DNA of 59,748 bases, filler included, from Candidatus Desantisbacteria bacterium CG1_02_49_89 (GCA_001871075.1; 4 parts of 4 records of this genome joined end to end with filler, not necessarily neighbours in it); one strand, 5' to 3'. Positions 29,507 through 39,272 are shown, numbered from the whole stretch's first letter. Numbers and translations are program-made. The notes: generated by a model from the letters alone, not told the origin.

Positions 29507-30439
29507 ATGGAGATAAAGTTCAATAACCCGTTCGGGGTGGAAGGCAACTGGTTCAAGGGCAACCTGCACACGCACACAAAGAATTCGGACGGCACGCTCC
29601 CGCCCGAAGATACTGTGGCGCAGTACAAGGAGGCGGGATATCATTTTTTAGCGCTGACAGACCACTGCAAGCTCACGAAGGTTGAGGGGAACCACGGGGT
29701 CCTGCTTATCCCCGGCGAGGAGCTGCACTGCGGTATAACCGAGGCGAAGACCAACTTCCACCTTCTGGGTTTTGACCTGAAACAGGAAATTGTCTATTCC
29801 GGGGACGAGGTTGTTGTTCTCAAAAAGAAATGGTGGGAGGTCCACCCCCAGGAGATGATAGATCTGGTGAAGTCACAGGGCGGCGAGATAAACCTTGCCC
29901 ACCCGTACTGGTCAGCCCTGACCACCAACGACATTTTCTCCTGCAAGGGGTACATAGGGACAGAGGTTTTCAACACGTCCTGCCACCCAAGCGTTGACAA
30001 GGCGTACTCGATGACCTACTGGGATAACATGCTTGCAGCCGGCAGGAACGTTTACGGGTTCGCGGTTGACGACGCGCACAACCACTTCAACGATCACAGG
30101 TGGAACGACGCGTGCGGCTCCTGGATAATGGTTAAGTCAAAGAAACTCGCGCTGCGCGACATAATGGACTCGATCAAGAAAGGGCTTTTTTACGCGAGCT
30201 GGGGCCCGGAGATAAAGGACGTGAAAATAAACGGGAACAGCCTTTATGTCGCGACCTCCCTCGTAAAGACGATATCGTTTATTTCTTTCAACGGCTACGG
30301 GGAGATGTTCTCTGCCCTGAAAAAAGAGCCGCTGAAGGAAGCCGAATACAAGATACACGGAAAGGAAAAATACATAAGGATCCAGTGCGCGGACACGCAG
30401 GGGCGCATGGCCTGGTCCAACGCGATTTTCCTTGAATGA
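29507..30439 (+). CDS. PHP-domain metallohydrolase (CehA/McbA-like)
   Basis: AAGGAG RBS; KGNLHTHTKNSDG, ALTDH, GEE, AHPYW, EVFN and DDAH motifs. Confidence 0.85.
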   Translation: MEIKFNNPFGVEGNWFKGNLHTHTKNSDGTLPPEDTVAQYKEAGYHFLALTDHCKLTKVEGNHGVLLIPGEELHCGITEAKTNFHLLGFDLKQEIVYSGDEVVVLKKKWWEVHPQEMIDLVKSQGGEINLAHPYWSALTTNDIFSCKGYIGTEVFNTSCHPSVDKAYSMTYWDNMLAAGRNVYGFAVDDAHNHFNDHRWNDACGSWIMVKSKKLALRDIMDSIKKGLFYASWGPEIKDVKINGNSLYVATSLVKTISFISFNGYGEMFSALKKEPLKEAEYKIHGKEKYIRIQCADTQGRMAWSNAIFLE

Positions 30440-30513
30440 TTACGGTGATTATTAAAAGATGATTACAGTGATTATTGAAAGATGATTACCGTGATTATCA
30501 AATACTGATTACC
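30437..30513. repeat. TGATTAC(G/A/C)GTGATTAT repeat x3
   Basis: Three ~23-nt units starting in the stop codon; reverse-complementary to 16444-16480. Confidence 0.8.
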
Positions 30514-30697
30514 TGAAAAACGCATAAAACATCCTATATTTTTATCACTTCTCGTCGGATCTCTCATTAAGAGACTTTGCAAATTGTTTAGAATGTTATA
30601 AGATAATAAACATTTCTAAGGTTGTTTCCCGAGTATAACAAAAGAAAGCTCTCTTTATTGATTTGCAAATTATTGAAGAAAAAGTAACTCTCTAAAG

Positions 30698-30797
30698 NNN
30701 NNNNNNNNNNNNNNNNNNNNNNNNNNNNNNNNNNNNNNNNNTTAATTAATTAANNNNNNNNNNNNNNNNNNNNNNNNNNNNNNNNNNNNNNNNNNNN
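30698..30797. other. artificial contig linker
   Basis: 44 N + TTAATTAATTAA + 44 N. Confidence 0.98.
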
Positions 30798-30985
30798 TTG
30801 GTTAAACTCGCCTACGGGCGAGTGGCCCCGGCTTTGTCGGGATGAGTAGCAGGAACGGTTTTACCCGCTACCCATACAAAACTCGGAAGAACCTTTGGTA
30901 AAGGGGTTGCCGCGCCCTTCGGGCTCGCAATGACAAAATAAAGAAACAAGGTAACAATTATCTAATAATAGAAAGGATAAAATCA

Positions 30986-32974
30986 ATGAGTGAAGAAAAG
31001 AAAAAGGCAATATCAACCGATTCGTTGATGACGGAGAACAGGACTTTCCCTGTTCCCAAAGAGATGGAGGGGAAAGCTTACATCAATGCGAAACAATATA
31101 AAGAGATGTATGAAATGTCAGTTAACGATCCTGATAAGTTCTGGCTCAAGCAGATCGAGATCATTGACTGGATCAAGAAACCTACCGTATCCCGGAAATA
31201 TACATGGGATACCGGAAAACGCGTAATTGAACATACGTGGTTTGAGGACGGCGAGCTGAATATCAGCTTCAACTGCCTTGACCGCCATCTCAAAACCAAG
31301 ACAAAGGATAAGCCCGCACTCGTATGGCAGGGAGAGCCGGAAAACGACGTTAAAACGCTTACTTACGAGCAGCTGCACAAAGAAGTGTGCAAGTTCGCCA
31401 ACGTGCTGAGGTCGCACGGCATCAAGAAAGGCGACCGTATCTGTGTTTATATGCCCATGATAATTGAACTGCCGGTAGTTATGCTTGCCTGTTCCAGGAT
31501 AGGAGCTATCCACTCCGTAGTATTCGCGGGATTCAGCGCTGATGCTCTCGCGGACAGGATAAACGACTCCAAGTGCAGGATACTTGTTACCACCAATAAT
31601 TCCTACCGTTCAGGAAAGATAATACCGCTGAAGAAAATATCTGATGACGCTCTTGCCAAAACGCCGTGCATCGAAAAAGTCATCGTAACCAAGAGAAGCG
31701 AGGAACCCTGCAATATGAAGGAAGGCAGGGACCTCTGGTACCATGATGAAATGGCGAAAGCAAGTGCTGACTGCAAACCTGAAGTAATTAAGGCGGAAGA
31801 CAAGCTGTTCATCCTCTATACTTCCGGCTCAACAGGAAAACCCAAGGGTGTTGTGCATACAACCGCCGGATACCTTATCCACGTAATGCTGACCCACAAA
31901 TACATCTTTAACATCCATGATGACGATATCTTTTGGTGCACAGCGGATATCGGCTGGGTGACAGGCCACAGCTACATAGTTTACGGGCCTCTGGCTAACG
32001 GCGCGACAAGCATGATGTTCGAAGGCGTGCCCACATACCCGGACGCAGGCCGTTTCTGGCATATTGTGGATAAATTCAAGGCTACGGTGTTCTACACAGC
32101 CCCGACCGCGATCAGGGCGCTCATACGCCTCGGGGACGAATGGCCGAAAAAATACAAGCTCGATACGCTCAGGATACTCGGAACCGTAGGCGAACCTATC
32201 AACCCGGAAACTTGGGTCTGGTACCACACCATGATCGGCAAGGGGAAATGCCCTGTTGTTGATACCTGGTGGCAGACCGAGAACGGCGGCATACTGATCA
32301 CACCGCTGCCCGGGGCGCACACGCTGAAGCCCGGAAGCGCGAGCAGGCCTTTCTTCGGGGTTGAGCCGGTAGTCCTGCGCGATGACGGCACCGAGTGCAG
32401 CAGGAACGAGGGCGGCAAGCTCTGCATAAAGAAACCCTGGCCCGGAATGATGCGGACAATGTGGGGCGACCACGACAGATTTGTGGATACTTACTTTACA
32501 ATGTACAAGAACCTTTATTTCACCGGTGATGGGTGCCGGCTTGACCAGGACGGGGATTACTGGCTGATGGGACGCATTGACGACGTTGTGAACGTGTCAG
32601 GCCACCGCATCGGCACAGCCGAGGTTGAAAGTTCGCTTGTCAGCCACCCGAAAGTGGCTGAGGCGGCAGTGGCGCCAATGCCCCACGATATCAAGGGGCA
32701 GGCACTGTACGCGTTCGTAACCCTTAACGAGGGTGTTGTCCCAAGCGAAGAGCTCAAAAAAGAGTTGTTGCTTCACGTGCGCAAGGAGATCGGGCCCATA
32801 GCGGTCCCGGATAAGATCCAGTTCGCGCCGGCACTTCCAAAAACGCGTTCCGGCAAGATCATGCGCCGCATCCTGCGTAAGATCGCCGAGAACCAGACTG
32901 ACCATATAGGGGATACGACCACGCTTGCGGATCCCAGCGTTGTGGAACAGCTTGTAAAAGAACGCCAGGTTTGA
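30986..32974 (+). CDS. acs: acetate--CoA ligase (AMP-forming acetyl-CoA synthetase)
   Basis: YTSGSTGKPKG, DIGWVTGHSY, DTWWQTE, SGHRIGTAEVES and KTRSGKIMRR. Confidence 0.97.
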   Translation: MSEEKKKAISTDSLMTENRTFPVPKEMEGKAYINAKQYKEMYEMSVNDPDKFWLKQIEIIDWIKKPTVSRKYTWDTGKRVIEHTWFEDGELNISFNCLDRHLKTKTKDKPALVWQGEPENDVKTLTYEQLHKEVCKFANVLRSHGIKKGDRICVYMPMIIELPVVMLACSRIGAIHSVVFAGFSADALADRINDSKCRILVTTNNSYRSGKIIPLKKISDDALAKTPCIEKVIVTKRSEEPCNMKEGRDLWYHDEMAKASADCKPEVIKAEDKLFILYTSGSTGKPKGVVHTTAGYLIHVMLTHKYIFNIHDDDIFWCTADIGWVTGHSYIVYGPLANGATSMMFEGVPTYPDAGRFWHIVDKFKATVFYTAPTAIRALIRLGDEWPKKYKLDTLRILGTVGEPINPETWVWYHTMIGKGKCPVVDTWWQTENGGILITPLPGAHTLKPGSASRPFFGVEPVVLRDDGTECSRNEGGKLCIKKPWPGMMRTMWGDHDRFVDTYFTMYKNLYFTGDGCRLDQDGDYWLMGRIDDVVNVSGHRIGTAEVESSLVSHPKVAEAAVAPMPHDIKGQALYAFVTLNEGVVPSEELKKELLLHVRKEIGPIAVPDKIQFAPALPKTRSGKIMRRILRKIAENQTDHIGDTTTLADPSVVEQLVKERQV

Positions 32975-32981
32975 TCCTGCG

Positions 32982-33106
32982 TGTCATTGTGAGGAGCGTA
33001 GTGACGAAGCAATCTAATGCGAGATTGCTTCGCTATCGCTCGCAACGACTTCGTCGGATTGTCCCGAAGGGATCCCTTTGGGAATTCGCTGTCGCTCGCA
33101 ATGACA
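32982..33106. repeat. GTCATTG-type palindromic element with a nested hairpin
   Basis: TGTCATTGTGAG...GAAGCAATC...GATTGCTTCG...CTCGCAATGACA with inserted GTCCCGAAGGGATCCCTTTGGGA. Confidence 0.85.
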
Positions 33107-33149
33107 TAAGAAATATGACAGTTAATCGTATTAAAGGAAAGGTGGATTA

Positions 33150-34397
33150 ATGGATGAGACGAAGCCTGTAAAGAACATCGGCTGGCGGGTAGCCCTTGCC
33201 GGGATGGGGATAAACCTTGCTTTCGGGGTCCTGTATACGTGGAGCGTTATCAGCAAAGCGATCCCGGCTGAATGGGGATGGAAAGAAGTTGATAAATCAT
33301 GGCCGTATTCCGTTGCCTGCCTTGTGTTCGCCCTGATGACTGTTCCAGGAGGCCGGCTCCAGGATAAAATAGGCGCCCGCATTGTGGCTACGGTCGGGGG
33401 CATATTTGTGGGCATTGGCATGATCCTGGCAAGCTTCAGCACGTCACCGGTTATGTATATTATAAGCTTCGGGATCATAGCAGGCGCAGGCATAGGTTTC
33501 GGTTACGCTTCCGCCACTCCGCCCGCGCTCAAATGGTTTTCCGCGAAAAAAACAGGGCTTATATCCGGCATCGTGGTTTCTGGTTTCGGGCTCGCGTCCG
33601 CATACGCTTCACCGCTTTCAACCTGGCTGATAGGCAGTTACGGCGTGCAGAGAACAATGCTTATCCTGGGCGTGATATTCCTGGTTGCCGTTGTCGGCAT
33701 AGCGCAATTGTTAAAGGAGCCCCCGAAGGGATACCAGCCGCAGGACGCTGCTGTGAGATCGGCAACAGCCGCGGCTCCGGTTCAGATCAGGGAGTGCAAG
33801 TCAGGAGAGATGCTCGGTACCGGACAATTTTATCTTATATGGTTCATGTATGCGTGCGGCGCCGGCGCCGGCTTAATGATAATAGGAAAACTTGCCGCGA
33901 TCGCCAAAATGCAGGCGCATCTAAATCTTGGTTTTGTGCTTGTCATAGTTCTTGCATGCGGCAACGGGGCAGGCAGAATACTCGCCGGAATGATATCAGA
34001 TAAGATAGGCTGCAGGAAGACTCTTTTTATATGTCTTGTTTTTCAGGCATTGCTCATGATGCTGCTTTCAAAGGTATCTGATACCAATATTCTCGGTAAT
34101 ATGATCGTCCTTTCGATCATCTCAGCTCTTATCGGGGCAAACTACGGAGCGAATCTTTCTCTTTTCCCGTCACATACAAAGAGCTGTTACGGCCTGAAGA
34201 ACTTCGGTTCGAATTACGGTTTTGTTTTTACCGCGTGGGGAGTAGGCGGGTTCCTCCTGTCTCTTCTTGCGGGCAGGATGTATGATTTGACAGGGAGCTT
34301 CGTTATAGCTTATTATGTCGCATCAGGCCTGCTTGTTGCCGCCGCGATCGGAACATTCTTTATGAAGCCGCCCGTTTTAAAGACAGATAAGGCATAG
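33150..34397 (+). CDS. OFA (oxalate/formate antiporter-like) MFS transporter
   Basis: GVLYTWS, GRLQDKIG, GIGFGY, KWF...G...GFG, NGAGR...SDKIG and NYG...AWG; 12-TM pattern. Confidence 0.88.
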   Translation: MDETKPVKNIGWRVALAGMGINLAFGVLYTWSVISKAIPAEWGWKEVDKSWPYSVACLVFALMTVPGGRLQDKIGARIVATVGGIFVGIGMILASFSTSPVMYIISFGIIAGAGIGFGYASATPPALKWFSAKKTGLISGIVVSGFGLASAYASPLSTWLIGSYGVQRTMLILGVIFLVAVVGIAQLLKEPPKGYQPQDAAVRSATAAAPVQIRECKSGEMLGTGQFYLIWFMYACGAGAGLMIIGKLAAIAKMQAHLNLGFVLVIVLACGNGAGRILAGMISDKIGCRKTLFICLVFQALLMMLLSKVSDTNILGNMIVLSIISALIGANYGANLSLFPSHTKSCYGLKNFGSNYGFVFTAWGVGGFLLSLLAGRMYDLTGSFVIAYYVASGLLVAAAIGTFFMKPPVLKTDKA

Positions 34398-34522
34398 GCA
34401 CGGATCATAGCCAATTTATAATCAACGTTACCAACCAGGTAAATAAGATTTACTTTATGCTGGATAATGGATTGAATGTTTTTTTCTAAATCCGGTATCC
34501 AGCATTTTCTTTAGGAGCGCAG

Positions 34523-34984
34523 ATGGAAAGAAGCCTGATAATAATTAAGCCCGATGCCGTGTGCAAGGGCAGGATAGGTGAGGTTATTGGGCGCATTGAG
34601 AAAAAAGGTTTCATAATACGCGCGCTGAAAATAGTACGCCTTACAAAGAAAAAAGCTGAAGAATTCTACGGGATTTACAGGGGCATGCCGTTCTTCAAAG
34701 GCCTTGTCAAATTCATGATTTCGGCCCCGTCGGTCATGATGGTGGTGGAAGGCAGGGGTGTTATAAAGAAAATGAGGGAAATGATAGGCGCGAGAGTGCC
34801 TTCAGAAGCAAAAAAAAGAACTATAAGGGGCGACCTGGCTTCAGACGACAGGCGCAATATAATACACGGCTCTGATTCAAGAAAAAACGCGGCGCGGGAA
34901 ATAAAGATATTTTTCAAGCCAAATGAGATATATAAATATGATAAGAAAGACTGGCTGAACAGCGAGCCTGATAGAAACAGTTAA
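34523..34984 (+). CDS. ndk: nucleoside-diphosphate kinase
   Basis: ERSLIIIKPDAV, TIRGD and RNIIHGSDS (catalytic His). Confidence 0.95.
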   Translation: MERSLIIIKPDAVCKGRIGEVIGRIEKKGFIIRALKIVRLTKKKAEEFYGIYRGMPFFKGLVKFMISAPSVMMVVEGRGVIKKMREMIGARVPSEAKKRTIRGDLASDDRRNIIHGSDSRKNAAREIKIFFKPNEIYKYDKKDWLNSEPDRNS

Positions 34985-35040
34985 AGGTTAAAAGTTAAAG
35001 GTTAAAAGTTGAAGACAAAACATGGAATTATGGTGGAAAT

Positions 35041-35871
35041 ATGGCATATAAAATATTGGAAAAAGAAGAACTGGCGCCGGGGATAAAACAATACGATATT
35101 CACGCTCCCCGGGTCGCGGAAAAATTCAAGCCCGGGCAGTTCCTGGTCATACGCCTGCATGAAAAAGGGGAAAGGATACCGCTTACCATAGCCATGGCAG
35201 ACGCGCGCGCGGGCAGTGTCAGGATCGTGTTCCAGGAAATGGGCAAGACCACTTTTGAACTGGGGGCTATGAACAAAGGGGACAGTATAATGGATGTTCT
35301 CGGTCCTCTCGGAGTTCCCACGGAAATAAAAAAATACGGCCTTGTCGCAGGTGTGGCAGGAGGGGTCGGCGCCGCGCCGCTTCTTCCCATATTGAAAGCG
35401 CTTAAGGAAACAGGCAACAGGGTCATTACAATACTCGGGTCAAGGACAAAGGACCTGCTTATTTTCCGCAGGGAACTTGAGAAGGTGAGTAGCGAACTCA
35501 TAATAACCACGGACGACGGGACCGCGGGTGAAAAGGGATTCGTTACTTTTCCCCTGAAAAGGATCATTGAAGGCAAGAACAAGCCGGACGCTGTATGGGC
35601 GATAGGCCCTTTGATAATGATGAAGAATATCTGTAACGTGACAAGGAACGACGGGGTCAGAACGTTTGTAAGCCTGAACCCGATCATGCTGGACGGAACA
35701 GGGATGTGCGGCTGCTGCAGGGTCACTGTCGGCGGGCACGTTAAGTTTTCCTGCGTTGACGGGCCGGAGTTTGACGGCCTTATGGTCGATTTTGACGAGA
35801 TCATCGTCCGCAACAGGCGTTTCCTTGAACAGGAGCGTATTTCATACGAAAAGTATAAAAATAGTTTATAG
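35041..35871 (+). CDS. nfnA: NfnA / SudB-like FAD- and 2Fe-2S electron-transfer subunit
   Basis: PGQF, GERIPLTI, GPLG, GGVG, DGTGMCGCC and CVDGPEFD; directly upstream of a GltD-like gene. Confidence 0.85.
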   Translation: MAYKILEKEELAPGIKQYDIHAPRVAEKFKPGQFLVIRLHEKGERIPLTIAMADARAGSVRIVFQEMGKTTFELGAMNKGDSIMDVLGPLGVPTEIKKYGLVAGVAGGVGAAPLLPILKALKETGNRVITILGSRTKDLLIFRRELEKVSSELIITTDDGTAGEKGFVTFPLKRIIEGKNKPDAVWAIGPLIMMKNICNVTRNDGVRTFVSLNPIMLDGTGMCGCCRVTVGGHVKFSCVDGPEFDGLMVDFDEIIVRNRRFLEQERISYEKYKNSL

Positions 35872-35981
35872 AGTTTACATAGTTTATGTAGTTTACAAAG
35901 TTAAGGATAGGGAAAATTATAAATGTATAGTTCATTACATATACTCTGTAAACTCTGCAAACTTTGTAAACTATGTAAACT
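35862..35981. repeat. AGTTTACAT/CTGTAAACT 9-mer hairpin element between nfnA and nfnB
   Basis: 4 + 4 units; the first unit contains the nfnA TAG stop. Confidence 0.85.
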
Positions 35982-35995
35982 AATCTGGAGTTAAA

Positions 35996-37437
35996 ATGGA
36001 AAGCCGGCAGGAAATGCCCAGGCAGGAACCTGGTAAAAGAATAAAAAACTTCAAGGAAGTTGCTTCCGGATACACCGAGGAACAGGCTCTTAAAGAGGCA
36101 TCCAGGTGTATTCAATGCAAGAAACCGACCTGTAAAGCGGGTTGCCCTGTTGAGATCGAGATACCTGAGTTCATAAAAGCTATAGCCGAAAAGGATTTTG
36201 CCAAAGCAATTGAGATCATCAAGCAGAAGAACAGCCTTCCCGCGGTATGCGGCAGGGTCTGCCCGCAGGAGAGCCAGTGCGAGAAGGTATGCGCGCTTTC
36301 GAAAAAATACGGGTCTGTGGCGATAGGCCGCCTGGAGCGTTTTGTTGCTGATCTGCAGATCAGCAACAGTATCAACGTGTCCCGCCCAACAAACGTTGGC
36401 GGGCAGGCGCCGTGTCAAAGTGTCAAAGTAGATAAAACGAAGGACGATGCACGATGCACGATGTTACGAAGGTTGCTATCGTGGGCTCTGGGCCCGCGGG
36501 CCTGACATGCGCGGGGGACCTCGCGAGAATGGGTTACAGGGTTACTGTATTTGAATCCCTGCATTCCACAGGGGGCGTGCTCAGGTACGGCATACCCGAA
36601 TTCCGCCTTCCGAAAGCAATACTGGATTTTGAAGTGGAAAGTATTAAATCCCTGGGTGTTGAAGTGAAGGTAAACGCGTTGATAGGCGGGAGCTATACTC
36701 TTGAAGACCTGTTCAAAGAAGGTTATAAGGCTGTTTTTATAGGGACAGGAGCGGGCCTTCCTTATTTTATGGGAGTAAAAGGCGAGAACCTGAACGGCGT
36801 GTATTCAGCCAACGAATTCCTGACAAGGGTTAACCTTCTGAAGGCGTATGAATTCCCGGAATACGACACGCCGGTCAAAATAGGGAAAAAGATCGCGGTG
36901 ATAGGCGCGGGGAACGTGAGCATGGACTGCGCGCGCGTTTCCCTGCGGCTCGGTGCAGAGGAGTCATGGATCGTTTACAGGCGCTCGGACGCTGAAATGC
37001 CCGCGAGGGCGGAGGAGATAGAGAACGCGAAGGAAGAAGGGGTCAAATTCAGCCTGCTCACGCTTCCTGTTGAGGTTTTGAGCGACGGAAAGAGCGGAGT
37101 GAGAGCTTTGAGATGCATAAAAATGAAACTCGGTGAACCTGACCAAAGCGGCAGGAAAAGGCCTGTTCCTATAGAAGGCTCCGAGTTCGACATGGATATT
37201 GACACCGTGATAGTTGCAATAGGCCAGGGCCCGAACCCGCTCCTGCCGAGGAAAACGCCGGATCTGAAAGTGACAAGCCATGGGAATATAGTTGCCGACC
37301 CCCAAACCGGAAAAACATCGATAGAAGGGGTTTATGCAGGCGGGGACATTGCCACAGGCGCGGCAACGGTCATAGAAGCAATGGGCGCGGGAAAACGCGC
37401 CGCCAGAGCGATTGATCAATACATAAAGAAATTATGA
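35996..37437 (+). pseudogene. nfnB: NfnB / NADPH-dependent glutamate synthase small-chain-like (often annotated gltA), split into two frames (35996-36505 and 36454-37437) by a repeat insertion in the domain linker
   Basis: N-part EASRCIQC..CKAGCP, CGRVCPQESQCE and GRLERFVAD; C-part KVAIVGSGPAGL, GIPEFRLP, GAGNVSMD and AGGDIATGAATV; frames differ. Confidence 0.9.
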
Positions 37438-37534
37438 ATTATGAATGATGAATTATGAATCAAAGGCATAAGGATTTTATTTGAAATAAATTCCTTGCAG
37501 TTGACTCATAACTCATAATTCATAACTCATAATT
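37431..37534. repeat. TTATGAA/TCATAAT heptamer hairpin element
   Basis: Near-copy of 12686-12790; first unit supplies the nfnB TGA. Confidence 0.9.
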
Positions 37535-37551
37535 GATTTTCAGGAGGAATA

Positions 37552-39141
37552 ATGCCAAAGATAAAACGGGCGCTTATAAGCGTGTCGGATAAAACAGGGC
37601 TGGTAGATTTCGCGAAGGGCCTGCAGGAGATGGGCGTGGAAATACTTTCCACCGGAGGCACGGCAAAACTGCTTGAAAAGGAAAAGATAAAAGTAAAGGA
37701 AGTTGCGGAATACACCGGATTCCCGGAAATGCTGGATGGAAGGGTGAAAACCCTGCATCCCAGGATACACGGAGGGCTTCTCGCCCTGCGCAATAACCCG
37801 GACCACATGAAACAGCTTAAAAAAGAAAAGATAGGCCTTATAGACATGGTGGTAGTTAACCTTTATCCTTTTGAGAGCACCATAGCGAAACCCGGAGTTA
37901 AGCTTGAGGAAGCGATCGAGAATATTGATATCGGCGGGCCTTCAATGCTGCGCTCGGCAGCGAAGAACCACCAGAGCGTGATAGTGATCTGCACACCCTC
38001 CCGCTACCAGCAGATCCTTGAAGAACTGCGCAAGCATAAAGGAGACATTCCCCTGCAGCTCAGAGAGGAGCTTGCGGCAGAGGTATTCAGGCTGACCAGC
38101 AATTATGACACGGCGATCCATAATTACCTCGATATGAAATTCAGGATAAAAGAGGAAGGTTTCCAAACATCCGAGCTCAGCTTCCCGAGTTTCCTAGGGT
38201 TAAAGTTTGAAAAGATCCAGGAGCTGCGTTACGGCGAGAACCCGCACCAGAAGGCTTCGTTCTACAGGGACCTGGCTGCGAAAGGCCCGAACCTCGCGGG
38301 CGCCAAACAGCTGCACGGCAAGGAGCTGTCATTCAATAATATATATGATATGCACGCCGCGTTTGAAAACGTAAGGGATTTTGAGGAACCGACAGTGGTC
38401 ATAATCAAGCACAATAACCCATGCGGAGTCGCGTCAGCGAAAGACCTTTTATCAGCTTACAAGGACGCCCTTGACTGCGATCCGCTCTCGTCTTACGGTT
38501 CGATAGTGAGCGTCAACAGGGAAATGGATGCCGCGGCCGCGAAGGCGATGATGGATCTGTTCATAGAGGTTATACTGGCGCCTTCGTATTCAAAGGAAGC
38601 GCTTGAAATACTGAAAGGAAAGAAAAACCTCAGGATCATGGAAGTTCCCGCGCTTAACCCGGCGCTGCGCAGGCAGATCTCAATGGGCCTTGATATCAAG
38701 AAAGTCAGCGGCGGGATCCTGGTGCAGGAGCCGGACGAGAAGGATTTTGACCCGAAGAGCCTCAGGGTTGTTACAAAAACCGAGCCTGCGAAAGAAGACA
38801 TAAAGTCGCTTCTTTTCGCCTGGAAGGTGGCAAAGTTCCTCAAGTCAAACGCCATAGTGCTTGCCCAGGGCACAAAGACCGTGGGCATAGGCGCGGGCCA
38901 GATGAGCCGCGTGGATTCGGTTATGCTTGCCGTGACAGAAGCAAGAGATAAAGCGAAAGGCTCAACCCTGGGTTCGGACGCGTTCTTCCCGAAGGCGGAC
39001 GGAGTTGAAATGGCAGCGGAAGCAGGGGTAAAGGCGATAATCCAGCCCGGCGGCTCCATTGCTGACGAAGAAATTATAAAAGTCTGCAATGACAACAACA
39101 TAGCAATGGTGTTTACCGGAGTCCGTCACTTCAGGCATTGA
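37552..39141 (+). CDS. purH: bifunctional AICAR formyltransferase / IMP cyclohydrolase
   Basis: RALISVSDK, GRVKTLHP, IDIGGPS, RYGENPHQ, KHNNPCG, SDAFFP and C-terminal RHFRH. Confidence 0.97.
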   Translation: MPKIKRALISVSDKTGLVDFAKGLQEMGVEILSTGGTAKLLEKEKIKVKEVAEYTGFPEMLDGRVKTLHPRIHGGLLALRNNPDHMKQLKKEKIGLIDMVVVNLYPFESTIAKPGVKLEEAIENIDIGGPSMLRSAAKNHQSVIVICTPSRYQQILEELRKHKGDIPLQLREELAAEVFRLTSNYDTAIHNYLDMKFRIKEEGFQTSELSFPSFLGLKFEKIQELRYGENPHQKASFYRDLAAKGPNLAGAKQLHGKELSFNNIYDMHAAFENVRDFEEPTVVIIKHNNPCGVASAKDLLSAYKDALDCDPLSSYGSIVSVNREMDAAAAKAMMDLFIEVILAPSYSKEALEILKGKKNLRIMEVPALNPALRRQISMGLDIKKVSGGILVQEPDEKDFDPKSLRVVTKTEPAKEDIKSLLFAWKVAKFLKSNAIVLAQGTKTVGIGAGQMSRVDSVMLAVTEARDKAKGSTLGSDAFFPKADGVEMAAEAGVKAIIQPGGSIADEEIIKVCNDNNIAMVFTGVRHFRH

Positions 39142-39149
39142 TTTCAAAA

Positions 39150-39261
39150 TTACCACAGAGGCACAGAGTAGGGCAAGGCTTTAGCCTTGCTTAAACCGCA
39201 ATCCTGCTTGCTTGTCATTGCGACCCGCCGGTATTCAGTATTCGTGGCGGGGAAGCAATCT
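39150..39261. repeat. REP-like stack
   Basis: ACCACAGAGGCACAGAG, GTAGGGCAAGGCTTTAGCCTTGC and GTCATTGCGA[GC hairpin]GAAGCAATC. Confidence 0.8.
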
Positions 39262-39272
39262 ATTTTAATAGG

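Noticed and set aside
30437-30513. Three ~23-nt repeats as a possible CRISPR array
   Set aside because: Repeats are adjacent and degenerate, with no unique ~30-nt spacers and no cas genes; they belong to the tandem-repeat families
30571-30670. AT-rich promoter/operator-like motifs before the second gap
   Set aside because: -35/-10 spacing is unconvincing and the downstream gene is lost in the gap
36382-36416. Excision of the 35-nt hairpin as an intron-like event restoring nfnB
   Set aside because: The length fits the frame offset, but excision brings TAA at 36433-36435 into frame
37438-37551. ZTP riboswitch upstream of purH (or glyA)
   Set aside because: The purH leader is occupied by a heptamer hairpin and the glyA leader is short; no recognisable aptamer
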